Of a DNA stretch of 64,000 bases, positions 12,207-31,998 are shown in pieces. The translations under genes and the position numbers were made by a program. Origin of the DNA: Bugula neritina. Taxonomy: Eukaryota > Animalia > Bryozoa. The notes below the pieces were generated by a model, which was not told where the DNA came from, ran no database searches, and saw only the letters and a list, made by a program, of their open reading frames with translations. The DNA is taken from contig OZ037766.1 of NCBI GenBank assembly GCA_964035545.1, positions 29,142,640 to 29,206,639 of the forward strand, given 5' to 3'. Each line of letters starts with the position of its first letter. The first letter of the stretch is position 1.

Positions 12207-12940
12207 TTACCCAGCATGGTTAGCTGGAATAGCAGCATGGCTTAACCCGGGAGCAGATTTAACACCAGCAGCTCTCCTAGGAGGTCGTGTGACTACTGCC
12301 AGGGATGTCGCTATGGCAGTTGGAGCTGAACTTGCCTTCACAAAGTACTTGCTCTTTCCCTTCTGGTTTACAGTGGACTGGTCTGAAGCGATGCTGTTGT
12401 ACAGGAAGCAGGTTTGGGTTCTTGGGACAAAAAGTCCAGACTTGCATGTCTCTCCATGTTGGTTGCACAAGGCCAGGCATTCTATTAGAAGATTGCAACC
12501 TGAGGGACAAATGAATACTATATAATACAAATAATCATTATATAAAACAAATGGATATTATGTAGCACAAATAACTATTATATAATATAAATAAATACTA
12601 TTCAGTATAAATGAACACTATAAAATACAAATAAATATTATATAACACAAAGGAATACTATATAACACAAATAAGTATTATAATATAGTAATACATTTTG
12701 TATAGTAGCATCAAAATATGTGCAAATGGCTCAGCGTTGACCATATAATATATAGCTTACCATTTTTATTGAACATGCTATTTCTTACAAATAGTTGGTT
12801 TCTGGAAGTTTTCCTAAAACTAGATATTGTCTTCCATCAAGGCTGAAACTCTCTGCTACCCCAACCTGCACTTTCATGAGTAGGAAAGTCAAGGCAAGCA
12901 AGAGCAGCAGTTTATGCAACTTTGGTGTTTGAACAATCAT
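12207..12940 (-). pseudogene. Secreted PAN/apple-like gene, copy 2. Exon 12940-12761 and exon 12499-12207; apparent 1-nt deletion near 12787
   Basis: Signal peptide MIVQTPKLHKLLLLLALTFLLMKVQVGVA; exon 2 GCNLLIECLALCNQHGETCKSGLFVPRTQTCFLYNSIAS. In-frame TAA at 12787-12785; the donor is phase 0 while the acceptor needs phase 1. Probable 5' UTR intron 13460-12947 (AAT|gtaagt ... acag|). Confidence 0.72.
12520..12685. repeat. Degenerate ~20-bp AT-rich minisatellite (ACAAATAAATATTATATAAY)
   Basis: Visible tandem units in the intron of PAN-like copy 2. Confidence 0.8.
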
Positions 12941-15884
12941 GTTAAACTGTCCAGCAAGAACCAAACACATGTTTTACTAAAACTTAATGTATTTTAAGTT
13001 AAATTAGTTGAAACACAGCACTTAAGCTAATTACATAAGAATTTTACAAATATTTAATTAAAATCAAAAACCATTATATTAAAAAGGTGCTACTATGCTG
13101 CACAAGAATTTCAACAGCAATGACCTCTAAGAAACTTAATTACTTTTGTAGCTTTCAAAAGAGCTCATGGACTGCTTTACTTGAATTGATGAGTTTTATT
13201 CAAACTGCTTTCTATAAAAATTTGTAAAGTACTTGAAATGAACAATTTTCTTTGTCTAATCTTTTCAGTTGTTTTTTAAAAATTTTGATATCTCTAAATA
13301 GTTTTCTTACAATACACTGTCACCTTTAAAACACAATGGCACTGCGAGTCATCATTCATTATTGATTATGTCAAACCAACTCTGGATATAACTTGAAGAT
13401 GAGTTCTAGAAAAGAGCGACAGCCCGGACAGGTACTTGCTAGCATGGCATCGGTACTTACATTGCACTGCTCATTGCAAATACATATTATTATTTAGTAT
13501 GACACTCTTGACATATCTTTTGTGTTTTATTGACTTAATTTCTGGTTTCCTGATTTCAGACAGTTTATCACAACGATTTGTTCACATGTCTACCCTCTTC
13601 ATTATTTTTGCGTCAAGTGATCCACTAGAAACATTTTCAAACTAAATAATCTATACTTTTATGTCTAGTGCTAACTTAAATTCGATTTTAGAAAACATAA
13701 ATGATGATTAAGCGAACTCAAAACAACCTGCTGATTAGCTCTACTGATTTACAGATGTTCCATGACTTTTTAAAAATATGAAAAATTATACTCATGAAAG
13801 TTGCAAAAGAAAATTCTGCAAAGGCCGCCCTGTTTTTCAAACTTCTCATTTTTAGGAGTTTTCTGCCCTTGTGTTGGTATTCAATCTAGCTAAGCTCTAT
13901 TGCCCTGCTTTGGCTCGCTTCGACTAATTGAAAAAAGTAAATCAATGCTGGCTGTAATGAGACTAGACAGAAAAGATGATTCATCCCCCCATTCCCTAGG
14001 GACTATATCACATAGCATAAGACTATACAGCTGCTAATTATAAACCCTCTGTAATATCGAGCTAAAGATAATACATATAAAGTTTTGCGACTTAACCGTG
14101 ACATTCCAGCATGAACTAAAACTGTGCAAGAGTTTGGACTCGCCATCGACCAAGCCCTGCAGTGAAAAGTGAATATGTAAGTGTTTAGGAGCCAGATAAA
14201 TACTATGGTAACGTACCGGTGAAGAAGTAATAAGGCAACAGTAGCTAATAAAGTGCATTGCTTTAAAATGGGTTTGGAATCAACCACCAGGTTAATGAAT
14301 GTTACTGAGCTGTATATGTGTCTATTACATGACTGATAATATATAAATATAAAAAGCAAAGTTTAGGTGGTGTCTGTTAGCACCCCACAATGATACATGA
14401 CCATCTATTTATTTCAACAGAGGAACACAACTCTAAATGAACTTGTTCATATAAAATATTGCTTCAAAGGATAGTAACATGCTGTGGTTAACAATTATTA
14501 ATTGCAGTTCTCTATTTTCTCATACAATAGAGTTATATGGGCTTGTGCTCCAGCAGAAATAAGTTTAAATTATATAGTTCAAATGAGTTAAAGGGGTGTT
14601 CGGTTGTTCATGTGCTAATATCTGACACATCTTCTTATTTCACCGCCTATAATGCTGGCAATTAAGTTGAGTACATCACTTCGAAGCAATTATCATCACG
14701 TGTTGAGAGAGATGCACTCAGGCAGATGAGGGAATCCTGGTTTTTAATTTAAAGCTGGAACAAACTAATATTACTATTATTCAACTGCTTTACATCTTGG
14801 ACAAAACATTTAACTTTTAACCTTGGTCACCTGTTACAGATGAGGATTGTAAAACTGAACAATGCATATAACTTGTGACACACTCTATAATTTATGATCC
14901 ACCTTTAGATTTAACTTGACTCTCCACACCTATAGAGTATGTTAGTCCTGGAACATGTTGCAATGAAGCAATAAAATAAACAGATGTATTTTGAAGGGTC
15001 GACTATATAAAAAGGCAATTGAATATCAATAACTCCACAGTTAGAATGCTAAAGTGTACTTTTTGTTTATTTTACTTATTGCTGGTAGAATATAACAGCA
15101 AGGTGGCTTCAAGCACTGTAACTGATGCTGTGTTGGCAATCAACTGTCACCATGGTGTTACTACGCAGTATTACTCTTATACGGTGTGTATGAAGATGTA
15201 CCCTATGATATGCTCGCTTACCACATGCCACTCAAATCAATTAATTGATCGGCAATTGTAACAACTTATTTCAGATATTCTTTATAACTAAAAATAGGTA
15301 GTTATTCCGAAATAATTACTTCGATATGAATAATGTTTATACATTGTTAATTTCGTTTTTTGTGTAAATTTATCAAAGGAACTTTAATTATAAGCAGTTT
15401 ATAGCAGAAGTATATTGTGCAAGGTTTAGTGTCTGAGTTTCTTCTTATAGCCTTAGCACTCTACAATTATAGGCCATGTTAGGGGGGGTTCTAAGAGTCT
15501 GAACTTAGTAGCTACTAAAAATATTTTATTAATCAAATCATAACACTGGCCTGACACAATTTTATTAGTACTTATCGACTAGTTTTGTTAAAAACATCAA
15601 TGGAAAAACAGAAACATTTAAATTAATTGAAATAAAATACGTGTAGATAAAATGATATAAAATACATTTTAATTTAAAAAAATACATTTCAATTGAATGA
15701 AATGAAATCTTTTAATATGTTCATTATATAATCATATTCAAATCTGCATGAAAGTTTGCTGAAGATTGTTATCTAAAATACTATATACAAAGTAGCAAAT
15801 AAAACATATATATTATGTCGTATTATAAAATAGTTTTTGATTCAACAATTGAAATATTTACAGATTAGGCCATGACCTTTGGCT

Positions 15885-18800
15885 TTATAATACACCATAA
15901 TCAATTTCTTTGAGATTATGACAAAGACAATGGCCGCCAAGACAACCGGCGTTGCTCAACATTTTTTGCCAAAACAAGACAACACATGTTCTGGAACCAT
16001 CTGTGCCGTACTTCTTCAAACTCTTTCTAATCATCCCTGCAAAGACAAAAGAACATTTAATCATCATTACTCTGTCTAATTTCTTAAATAATTTTATATT
16101 TTAGTAATAGCAATTAGAAATAAAATCTTTTTGGAATTTCCCATTCAAAACATAATCTTTTTAATCCATTTAAAAACAAAAAGAAGGTTTGCTATGCAAC
16201 ATCATTTCTATCTTTACTGTTACACTGACCTATATACATATACTAACGTTATTTATATGATTGATGCTATAATTTGTATAGTCAACGCAGTTTACAAAAA
16301 CATTTTTATTATAAAATGTTGTACATTGGCAATTTATAAATGTTGTACAGTACATGTCAACTTATCTAAATCACTAAAGGTATCCTAGTAATCTAATACA
16401 TAATAATATATGATTAAGTGGTGATGTGATGAATTCTCAAGCCATAATAGTAATATCTTAGTTCAGCTGTTAAACTACCCATGCCTTGTGAAAAATGCAG
16501 GAGAGAGAAATGGAAGTTTAGTGCCATTGAAGGGTATTTATGCAGTCAGGGATATGCATCAAGAGAAATTGTCTTGCATGCCTTTAAAAAACCCATTGTG
16601 TTCAAATTCACATTGCAAGTAGTTGAAGTTACCAACCGTTACTCCCAATACACTATCCATATTATAAACTTCTTGAACTAGATAAATAATAGATAATCAC
16701 AAATCACATTTAATTACTTTGCAGTGTTGAATTTGTTTTAGAGTGGGGGAGGTTACAACAGCTTCCCTATAATCTAACAGTTGAAAACAAATCAACCATG
16801 GCAAAAGAAAACTTTGTACAGAGAGATGTGTGATTCTTGGCAATATGTGTTTGTTATTTTACCACTTGACTGTAGCCAGCCATTCTGCATTTATCATGAG
16901 TTAACCTTGGCTAGTAAATCAGGCTTTCAGGTATTTGATGAGGGCAAAGAGGATGGCGATGAAAGCATATTTCAATAATTTTACCTTATTTGAATGATTT
17001 AATAGTGGTATTGGCTTATTGAAATGACATAACTTAATATTAACTTATACATTGAAATGATTTCATAGTTATATTAACTTATTGGAATTATATTATAATT
17101 TATAAACTGACTTATAACGTCTGAGAATAGTGCATTGAAAAATAAAGAGCCTCAGCTGTACAGAACCATAGGCTGAGGTCCTGAACATAACTCATGTGTT
17201 GGTGCAAAATTTTCCAACAGCAGCAGCAAAATGTTGGCTATGCAACGCTGTCACATTTTTCTGACTGGAATAGCAATGTTTTCATTCTCTACAAACGTTT
17301 AGAGACTTTAGACATTCAACCATAAGTGATGAGGTGTGGAGGTCAAATTATTGCCATCAAGTCAGGTGGCTGAGGTCTGAGTAAAGTATGTGGAATTCCT
17401 GGTTGATTGATTATGTTGCTCGTTTCCTTCACTAAGATTGCGTTACGTTACCAATTTGTCTGCATCAACCTATTATATGACTCTGAGCTGTTGAATGATG
17501 AACCAAAACATGACAATTCAGATAAAGTTCAACTTTTAGAGGTATTTGACGTGACAATTTTATAAGATGATATTGCTTATCATGGTTAAACCGAAAGAGT
17601 ATGTGTGGTGGGGATGGCATGTGATATGTCAGGACCTCTTTTTGTTAGGATGGGTTTAACAATGGGTTGGAACTAGCCAGGGGTAGTAACTAGCAAGGGG
17701 TAGTCACTAGTCACCATGTATGCAGTCATGTGTTGAATATACTTTGCAGTGCCATCAGTGAGATAATTTGTAGTTTTATACTATAACATAGCTGAATGAG
17801 CAATGCTAGCAAAATATTCAAACTAAACACAATCTTGAAATTTAGATTTACAACTGGAGTTGATATAGACTTGAAGCAATGTGACGAAGAGAAACCACCT
17901 TATTCTGAACAGGTGAATAAGGTGAGTATTAGTAAATTGTTTTACCTGAGAGTGAATGTTGGAACCAACTAGCATTTCACTAGAATGTTTTGTTGAAGGA
18001 AATTGTCAGAATATTTGTTGTACTACATGCTGGATGCAGATAAAGGATACCTAAGTTATCACTGCTTAAGTTAATAAATATTTACAGACTTAAGGGACAG
18101 GTCAGTTTATGTTGCCAAAATATTCATAACCAAAGTCACTACAGAATTTGGTTAGATTTGTTTACAGTCTTAGTTGCAGAAAACAGTTTGTTAAAACTAA
18201 GATATCAAAGACAAATAGTGGTTTATATTATGATTGACTGAGTAACTATTGTTAGTTATTTGTGTTTGTTTAGAATCATAACCCTGGAAGGAACTTGATG
18301 TAGAAACTTACTAGCTGGGTTACCTATAAGTGGGTTACTTAGCTGGGCTGTTTAGGTGGGTTACCATGATGCTATAACATGGTACAAGAGTAGGTAGTGC
18401 CTAATGTGCTTCAGGTTGCATGTGTGAAAGTTTAACATTTCTACTTCATTTCTTATATGATATTTATTCTTTTAGTTAGGATGCAGGTTTTGCTGCTTAA
18501 TTTAAAAACCACAAAAATAGAGCACTCCGTGAAGCTATCAACCTTTATCTTCCTGAAAGGCTTTAATCTACCAGCCAACACACCTTACCATGTACCAGAC
18601 CAGTCTCTGTAACTTCTACCCTCTACCCTACCTTCTCCCCTCTACCCTATGACTTTTACTCTCTACTCTACCTATACCCTTTACCCTCCACCCTCTACCC
18701 TCTACCTCCACCCTCTACCCTACCCTCTACCCTACCCTCTACCCTCTGACTTCTACCCTCCACTCTACCTATACTCTTTACCCTCTACCTCCACCCTCTA

Positions 18801-18947
18801 CTCTATGACTTCCACTTACACTCATTCTAAACTAATGGTATAAGTCGTAGTGTTACACTCACTGAGTATCATTGAGATAGTTGAGGCTAGATTAGAGAAC
18901 TGAAAAGTGAGGTAGTTGTTCATCACCAAGTAGTTGTTGTTCTCCAT
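15885..18947 (-). CDS. Candidate small orphan protein (78 aa). Coding exons 18947-18863 and 16036-15885; upstream non-coding exon ending at 19878
   Basis: Acceptor ttttcag at 19000, start context AAAATGG, donor A|gtgagt, acceptor tttgcag|GG, phases compatible. Product MENNNYLVMNNYLTFQFSNLASTISMILRMIRKSLKKYGTDGSRTCVVLFWQKMLSNAGCLGGHCLCHNLKEIDYGVL; no homology recognised. Confidence 0.4.
18614..18815. repeat. Degenerate (CTCTACC)n pyrimidine-rich repeat
   Basis: Visible. Confidence 0.9.
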
Positions 18948-20386
18948 TTTCTCTGAGTTTAGCACCAGTCAGTTGCGGAGCAAATCGTCAAATCTCAATC
19001 TGAAAAATTCAATTTGTAGAATCTAGTGTAATCCTAGAATGAAACAGTAATGCATTGTGATAGTGGATTCTATCCTGATATTAAAACAAACCATCATTAC
19101 TGGATGAAACTCTAAATCTGGAGGCTCCTTTAACAAAACTTGAATGGTAATATTTCCGCAAACCAAAACCTATTTTCAACAATTTTAGACAATTTAAAAA
19201 CAAACCTGGCAGGCACTAATACTCATAGTACATAGAAGAAGTCTATAGAAGAAATAAAGATTGCTTTACCCCAGCTAAATATAAGTAAATAATTATGTAC
19301 TATTAGGTAACATTTACTATAGCTAAATCTTGTATCTGGTTCTCTACAAGTATTTTAAAACCCAAACTTCACACAGTGGAAGTATAGTTTAGTAGCATAT
19401 AATAGTATAGTTTAGTACACACCATACATAGTCACATTGATTATGATAAGTTAAAGTAATGCTGCACTGCAAGATGAAGATCACATGCACTTATAGATTT
19501 GTTTCAGAAGCAGAGATCTACTAAATTTGACTGTAGACTGACGTGAAAAAAAACAAGCTGCTAGGGAATAATAGATGCAAGCAAAAAACTGCACTTGCTA
19601 TAACATAACTGTAGAGTATATTGAAAAACTGATAATCCATATCAACATGCAGACTAGAGACATCATGCCAACCTCTCGCACACTGATATGCATAGGAATA
19701 GCAGGCTATACCTGTAGCTGCAAGCTATTTCTTTTGTCTGTCCACCAAGAAGCAACAAGATGTGTGAAAAACCAACACTTTGACAAACACTCTTTCATAG
19801 GAAGGAATCTAATTCAATTGTAACAAACAAGATAAAGTTGTGGTTTATATACCTAAACTTTGACTCCGCCTACTTGCCTTGACCTGCAGATTGTGAGGCT
19901 TGATCTTTTGAAAAAGTTCCTGGTAGAGAAAGCGACAGAATTCTGCGAGAGCTGATTTTGTATTACTGTAAATATCGTATTAATACATAACTCTGGTTTT
20001 ATGAGCTTAAGTATCACGCAGTGCCATAACAGTTGAACGTGGTATATACTTCTACACTTATTTTTATATGGTGCTAATCACGTTGCCTGCGTTGCATACG
20101 ACTAGGTCACGCACCAATGCACTAACTCAATGCCACAGTATAGTTTCACATATTAATTACAGTCACGTACTATAAAGCTGCAGCTTACAGTAAAATATGT
20201 CTGACTGAAGAGTGAAATAATCTTCTACTTCTACTTGGACTGCTGCGACAGGCAAGATTTTATTTTGCCTGCCAACCATATTAATAATGTTTTGCTAGCA
20301 AAGAAGAAACTGATTAAAATAGAACAAGATATTGTCCCTTCTTATAGGCAACAAATATTAGCTAAAAAACCAATTTATGAAATTAA

Positions 20387-20547
20387 AATTATTGATATAA
20401 AGTATGTAACAATGTTAATAAAACCTAAAGTCATATTAGAAAGTTGCTGCAAGCTTTGCAATAAGTTTAGTTTTGCAAGGCCTGCAACTTTCTAATACGA
20501 CTTTAGGTTTTATTAACATTGTTACTTATTTATGTATATCAATAATT
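20387..20547. repeat. ~160-bp near-perfect inverted repeat (foldback/MITE-like)
   Basis: gtaacaatgttaataaaacctaaagtcatattagaaagttgc pairs with gcaactttctaatacgactttaggttttattaacattgttac; outer aattattgatata pairs with tatatcaataatt. Confidence 0.92.
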
Positions 20548-23500
20548 CTTTTCAACAATTCTTTCTAAAATATAATCTGTACTTAACAAACCAAAATAAT
20601 CTCTTAATAAAGCATCAAAATTTTCAGAAAATGCAAGTTATGATATAATAAGCAAATGGTTATTAAGCTATATACAATCTTATTGCAGATTGTACACATT
20701 CACTATCCACTTCTAGTTATGCAGTTTATATATAACTTATACTTACTTTTAAAATGTGTTGAACAAAGTTCAAAAGTTCGTCCTATTATTTTTGTATCCC
20801 ATACTACTGTTTACCTTTTGGTATACTACCACCTTTTTAAAGCAGAGACACACCATTTCAAAATATTATGCTCAATAATAATATAGTTATATAATTATTA
20901 TGTTTCTATTTATTATAGTTAATGATATAGGCAGCTATTATAATGTACATACATTGAAAAGTATAAATTAGTATTATACAACCATTTACATAATGTATGC
21001 CTAAATTATTGATATACCAATTTATTGATACATAAGCTGTTTATAACATAAAACTTTCATTCTAATATATAGAATAGTATACTTGGTTTGAACTGCATTG
21101 TCATTAATCTGGAAGAAACAACTCCCTGCAATTAAACACTTGAACTGGCTGATGTATGACAGGTTAGATATACCATTGTGTCAGCCATAGGTTCTATATG
21201 AACATTTGTATATTAATTGGCCGCAGCCAAATGACTTTAGAGCATTAGTTGATGCTACCAGTTCTTAACATACTTTTTGAAGACTGATATCCGTTTGATT
21301 TGTTCCAGTTAAGCCAAGATCTAATATGATGGCATCAAATAATTCTTTCAGCAGCAAATTTTGGCAAAGTAACAAATATTAAGACTGATTAATTGAATTT
21401 GGCAGCTAGCTGTGTACCAGTATGGGTGGTGTCTTTGTGTCCATGCAGTTGATTGATCTACTACATCAAGAACTTGTTTCCCACCATTATACGAAATAAT
21501 CGTGCACTGACATGTCCATCATCACTTTGTACTGGTAAATCATAACATCTGTCTTCCCATCTAACATTTGATACTTATGTAACAGAAAATCTTGCTGGTT
21601 AAAATAACATTCTTTACACAATGACTTGAGTTGGTAGCAACAGAACTTTATATAGACACATCCAATGTAAAATCATGCATTTGGTATGAAGATATTAGCC
21701 TAGGCTATGAATTAGATAAAGTAGCTTGCAAAACTCCTAAGATTTTCATAGATCAAGGTTTAAAGTATATCATATTATAAACTGATTCTGTAACAAAAAG
21801 TTAGACTTGTCCTACCTTGTAAGTTTACAGGTAATCCATGTCTTATAATATATTTGAGAGAGCAGACAATTACATATATTGGAATATACTTTGTGCATTC
21901 AGTCTAGATGCACTAAGTATATTCCATTGTTATATCAATTTGTAACAGTTGCAAAGTCAAACCAAACTACTCAACTTCCTGTTCACAATATGAAAAATCA
22001 AATATATAGCGACTGTTGAGTAGAAATTAAGTCTTATAAGCGAACAGAGGAGCTGTTCAAAAACTTGAAAATGAAAATAATAATTACGGAATTTTTTTGT
22101 ATAAACAGCTATAGACATCTTTTTAATGTACATAATTTAGCTGCAGTAGACTATCTTAGTGTATAGCATATTTACCTGCAGTGGATTATCTTAATGTATT
22201 ATAGCCTATTTACCTGCAGTCGACTATCATGTCTAGTTAACAGCAACAGTATTTAAGCTGGACAGTGTAGAAAATTATTGTGTAATGTTACCACTTACTG
22301 AGTGCAATTATATACTGATGAAGTAAGGGGAAGGACTGAGTCCTCCTGCACTGAATTAGAAAATTTAGGCTTTTAAACTGACTATCCGTTCAACACCGTA
22401 CATACACTTTTGAAGGTAGATATTATTTATTATCTCAAAAAGCTATTCACTTGATATGAACTTGTTGAAAGAGCTATAGGTTTGAGGAGAACTGTAAACG
22501 GATTTAATAAGCAACTACATAATTTATGGAGCAAAAACAGCAAGAATATTGAAAATTAACTTTGGTAATTAATATATGACAGCAGTTGGACTGAATATTG
22601 CACAGTTTTAGCTAACAGAGCAGCTGAAATATGTATCAAAACAAAAGACAATAAAATGGTGTGTAAAATATTATGTTATATAGTTATATAATAGTAATTG
22701 ATAATAGATAAAAGTCTGAACTGATAGTATAATATAGTAAAGTTTAAAATATAGAAAAGGGAAGTTACAACTGCATATGTGTACTTGAAATTATTTTTTA
22801 TTAAATACCTGATGGTGATATAAAATCAACTTTACATGCAGTCCCGGCAGATTTAAAACTAACCGAGTAGTAGCTAAGGATCTGCATATGACACTACAAA
22901 TTAGTTTCTAGTGTTCTTGTGGCAAAAGTAAAAGTTTCTAGTTAATAAATATATATCATGCCTTTGCAAGGGTATTATGCTATTATTATTATCATTTATT
23001 TTATTTCACTACGTGATCAAGATGTGATTTCACTACATAATATTACATAATGCTATTATGTACCAGTATTACTTTAATTTATCACAAACAACATGTTGCG
23101 AAAAATCCTGTTGATTATACAATAAAATATTACATTATTTAGATTGTATGAGTCATCAAAATAAACAACTCAAATGCTTTCAAATATTTTTTATGAAAAC
23201 TGTAGATCAACATAAACCAGTCTTCTGTATTACTCAGGCGGATATTGGGAGGCTCAACAATAGAGGTACCAGTGTTTATCCTGTAAAATATATCCATCTA
23301 GAATTTTCAGCTTTCTTTGAATTTAGACTTTAGTGAATCCTGCAGTATTTGATTCATTCATACATTTATTGGCAAACATGGAACAGATACCAGCATTTGA
23401 GTTCTTTCCCAGATGCTAATGATCTAGATTAAACTAGGTCAAGCGATATTGATTCTCTAAATGTGTGGTGTATTGTTGGTGAGTTTGACAGTTAATCTGA

Positions 23501-24588
23501 GCATAAGAAAACCTAATAATTATTTGTTCTGCACTAAAACTGTTTAAAATTTAAATTAATTATATATGATATACTTTTATTGTATTGTTTGATAGAAAAT
23601 AGCAATATCAACCTATATATTATAAATTGTATTCTCTTTAAGTACTGACCACTTGATAAAAAGGAAGGATGTACACAGGTTGTTCATGTGTATATTATAT
23701 AAAAAAAATATAAATTGTATATACACATGCAACTGGGCACACAACCCCAGCTTTATATGATGTGCTTTCTTACATGGACTTATTTCGTTATCGTCATTCT
23801 ACTGTGCCTTTTGCTGTCGAAAAAATATTCTGCCAGCTACCAGAGTTATCTTCCCTTCTTGATCGACTATTCAATAAAACCATTTAAGGAATGGCAAGGA
23901 GGAGGTTCATTGCTTGAGCAATGGAGATTTTGCACCAGACACAAGATGTGATGCTTATATATTATTAGGGATATCCTTGAAAGAGTTGAAAGTTTGAGAC
24001 TCGGAGTGAGGTCTCAAATTTTGTTCAGATTCAATGACAAGGAGGCTAAATATTTAGCCTGTATCCGCCAATTCTACCATCACATTAAACATTGTTTAGC
24101 ATCTAACAAGGCAAGCGGCTATTGGTATATATAGATGGATAAAATTGCCTACAATTCGCCAATCGTAGTAATTATGAGCCAACTACTCAACAAGTATTTA
24201 ATTTCATTAATGCCTAGAAATGTACTCATTTAAGTACATATTTTTCAGCCATGCGTCACTGTATGTTCCCTCATCAAAATATCTTGGTCACTGGAGAAGG
24301 GGTTATATTATTTGTTACACATGTCAAGAGAACAGGATGATAAGGACACCACCAACTTATAGTATTTATTTATCACTTAAAGGAAAATATTTCTTAGCAC
24401 TGGAGATGAGATTTGCATCACATGTTGCTCAAAAGACTTAATATTATAAAACTTAGCCAAACAATTATTATCAAAACGATTGTTCTAATTACTGCAAGGC
24501 AATCTTTTTAGTTTTATAACAAATATTTTAGTTGAAAAGATTTAAAACGCTTCAACTGGAAATTAAAGTAACTTAATTACTTGGAGTA

Positions 24589-24653
24589 AACTTGGCTACT
24601 TGAGATAGACTTGGTTACTCGAGATAGACTTGGTTACTTGAGATAGACTTGAG
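24589..24653. repeat. 19-bp tandem repeat (CTTGGTTACTTGAGATAGA)x3
   Basis: Visible. Confidence 0.85.
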
Positions 24654-25171
24654 AATATTTTGGCACCACAAGACTCAGTGCTGATAATATTATTGCTTTA
24701 TTACAATGCATCAATAATATCAACTACTCTTCGGCAATACAGCAAATTATTGACAGTAATAAGTGCTACATACATGCCTACATGTATGTAGCACTTGCGT
24801 AGACATTTCATATATATTTTTATAGATATAGCTTATATAATGACAATAACCAACATGGCCCTAAGTACATAAATTTGCCAAGTATAGAGCAAAAAAACGA
24901 TAAACGGTAATAGAAAGAAACAAGACTTAGCTGCTATTGGCAGACTAGAATAATAGCAATTAGTTGTTCATAATAAACAGCAACAGTTCAAAAAGAGAAA
25001 CAGCCTTCTAAATGAAATGACCCAGCACAGCTAGTTGAAATGGTCGAGTTGACTAGACCCTGGGCAGTATTCCTGTAATACCGCTCTGTAGAATATAAGC
25101 TGTTCGAGAATTTAATCAGTTATGGTACAACAGATACAACAAACATCTCCTAACATAAAGTAGCAGCAGTG

Positions 25172-31856
<6,685 letters not shown>

Positions 31857-31954
31857 TCACTCAGCAAAGGCAAAACCTGTAAAATATTGCTGAAAAACTG
31901 ATTCTCGTGGGCGGTTTTCAGTCACCAGTATCAACGATGGGAGCGATAACGTGA

Positions 31955-31998
31955 GTTTATAAATGAAAAGCATAGAGTAGAAAGTTCTCGATAATTCA
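31955..31998 (-). promoter_or_regulatory. Hsp110 promoter: TATA box plus heat shock element
   Basis: TATAAA on the minus strand at ~31961-31956, about 110 nt upstream of the ATG; GAAagTTCtcGATaaTTC at 31980-31997 (four alternating nGAAn units, one mismatch). Confidence 0.82.

Noticed and set aside
18649-18843. Pro/Tyr-rich ORF
   Set aside because: Translation of the (CTCTACC)n repeat
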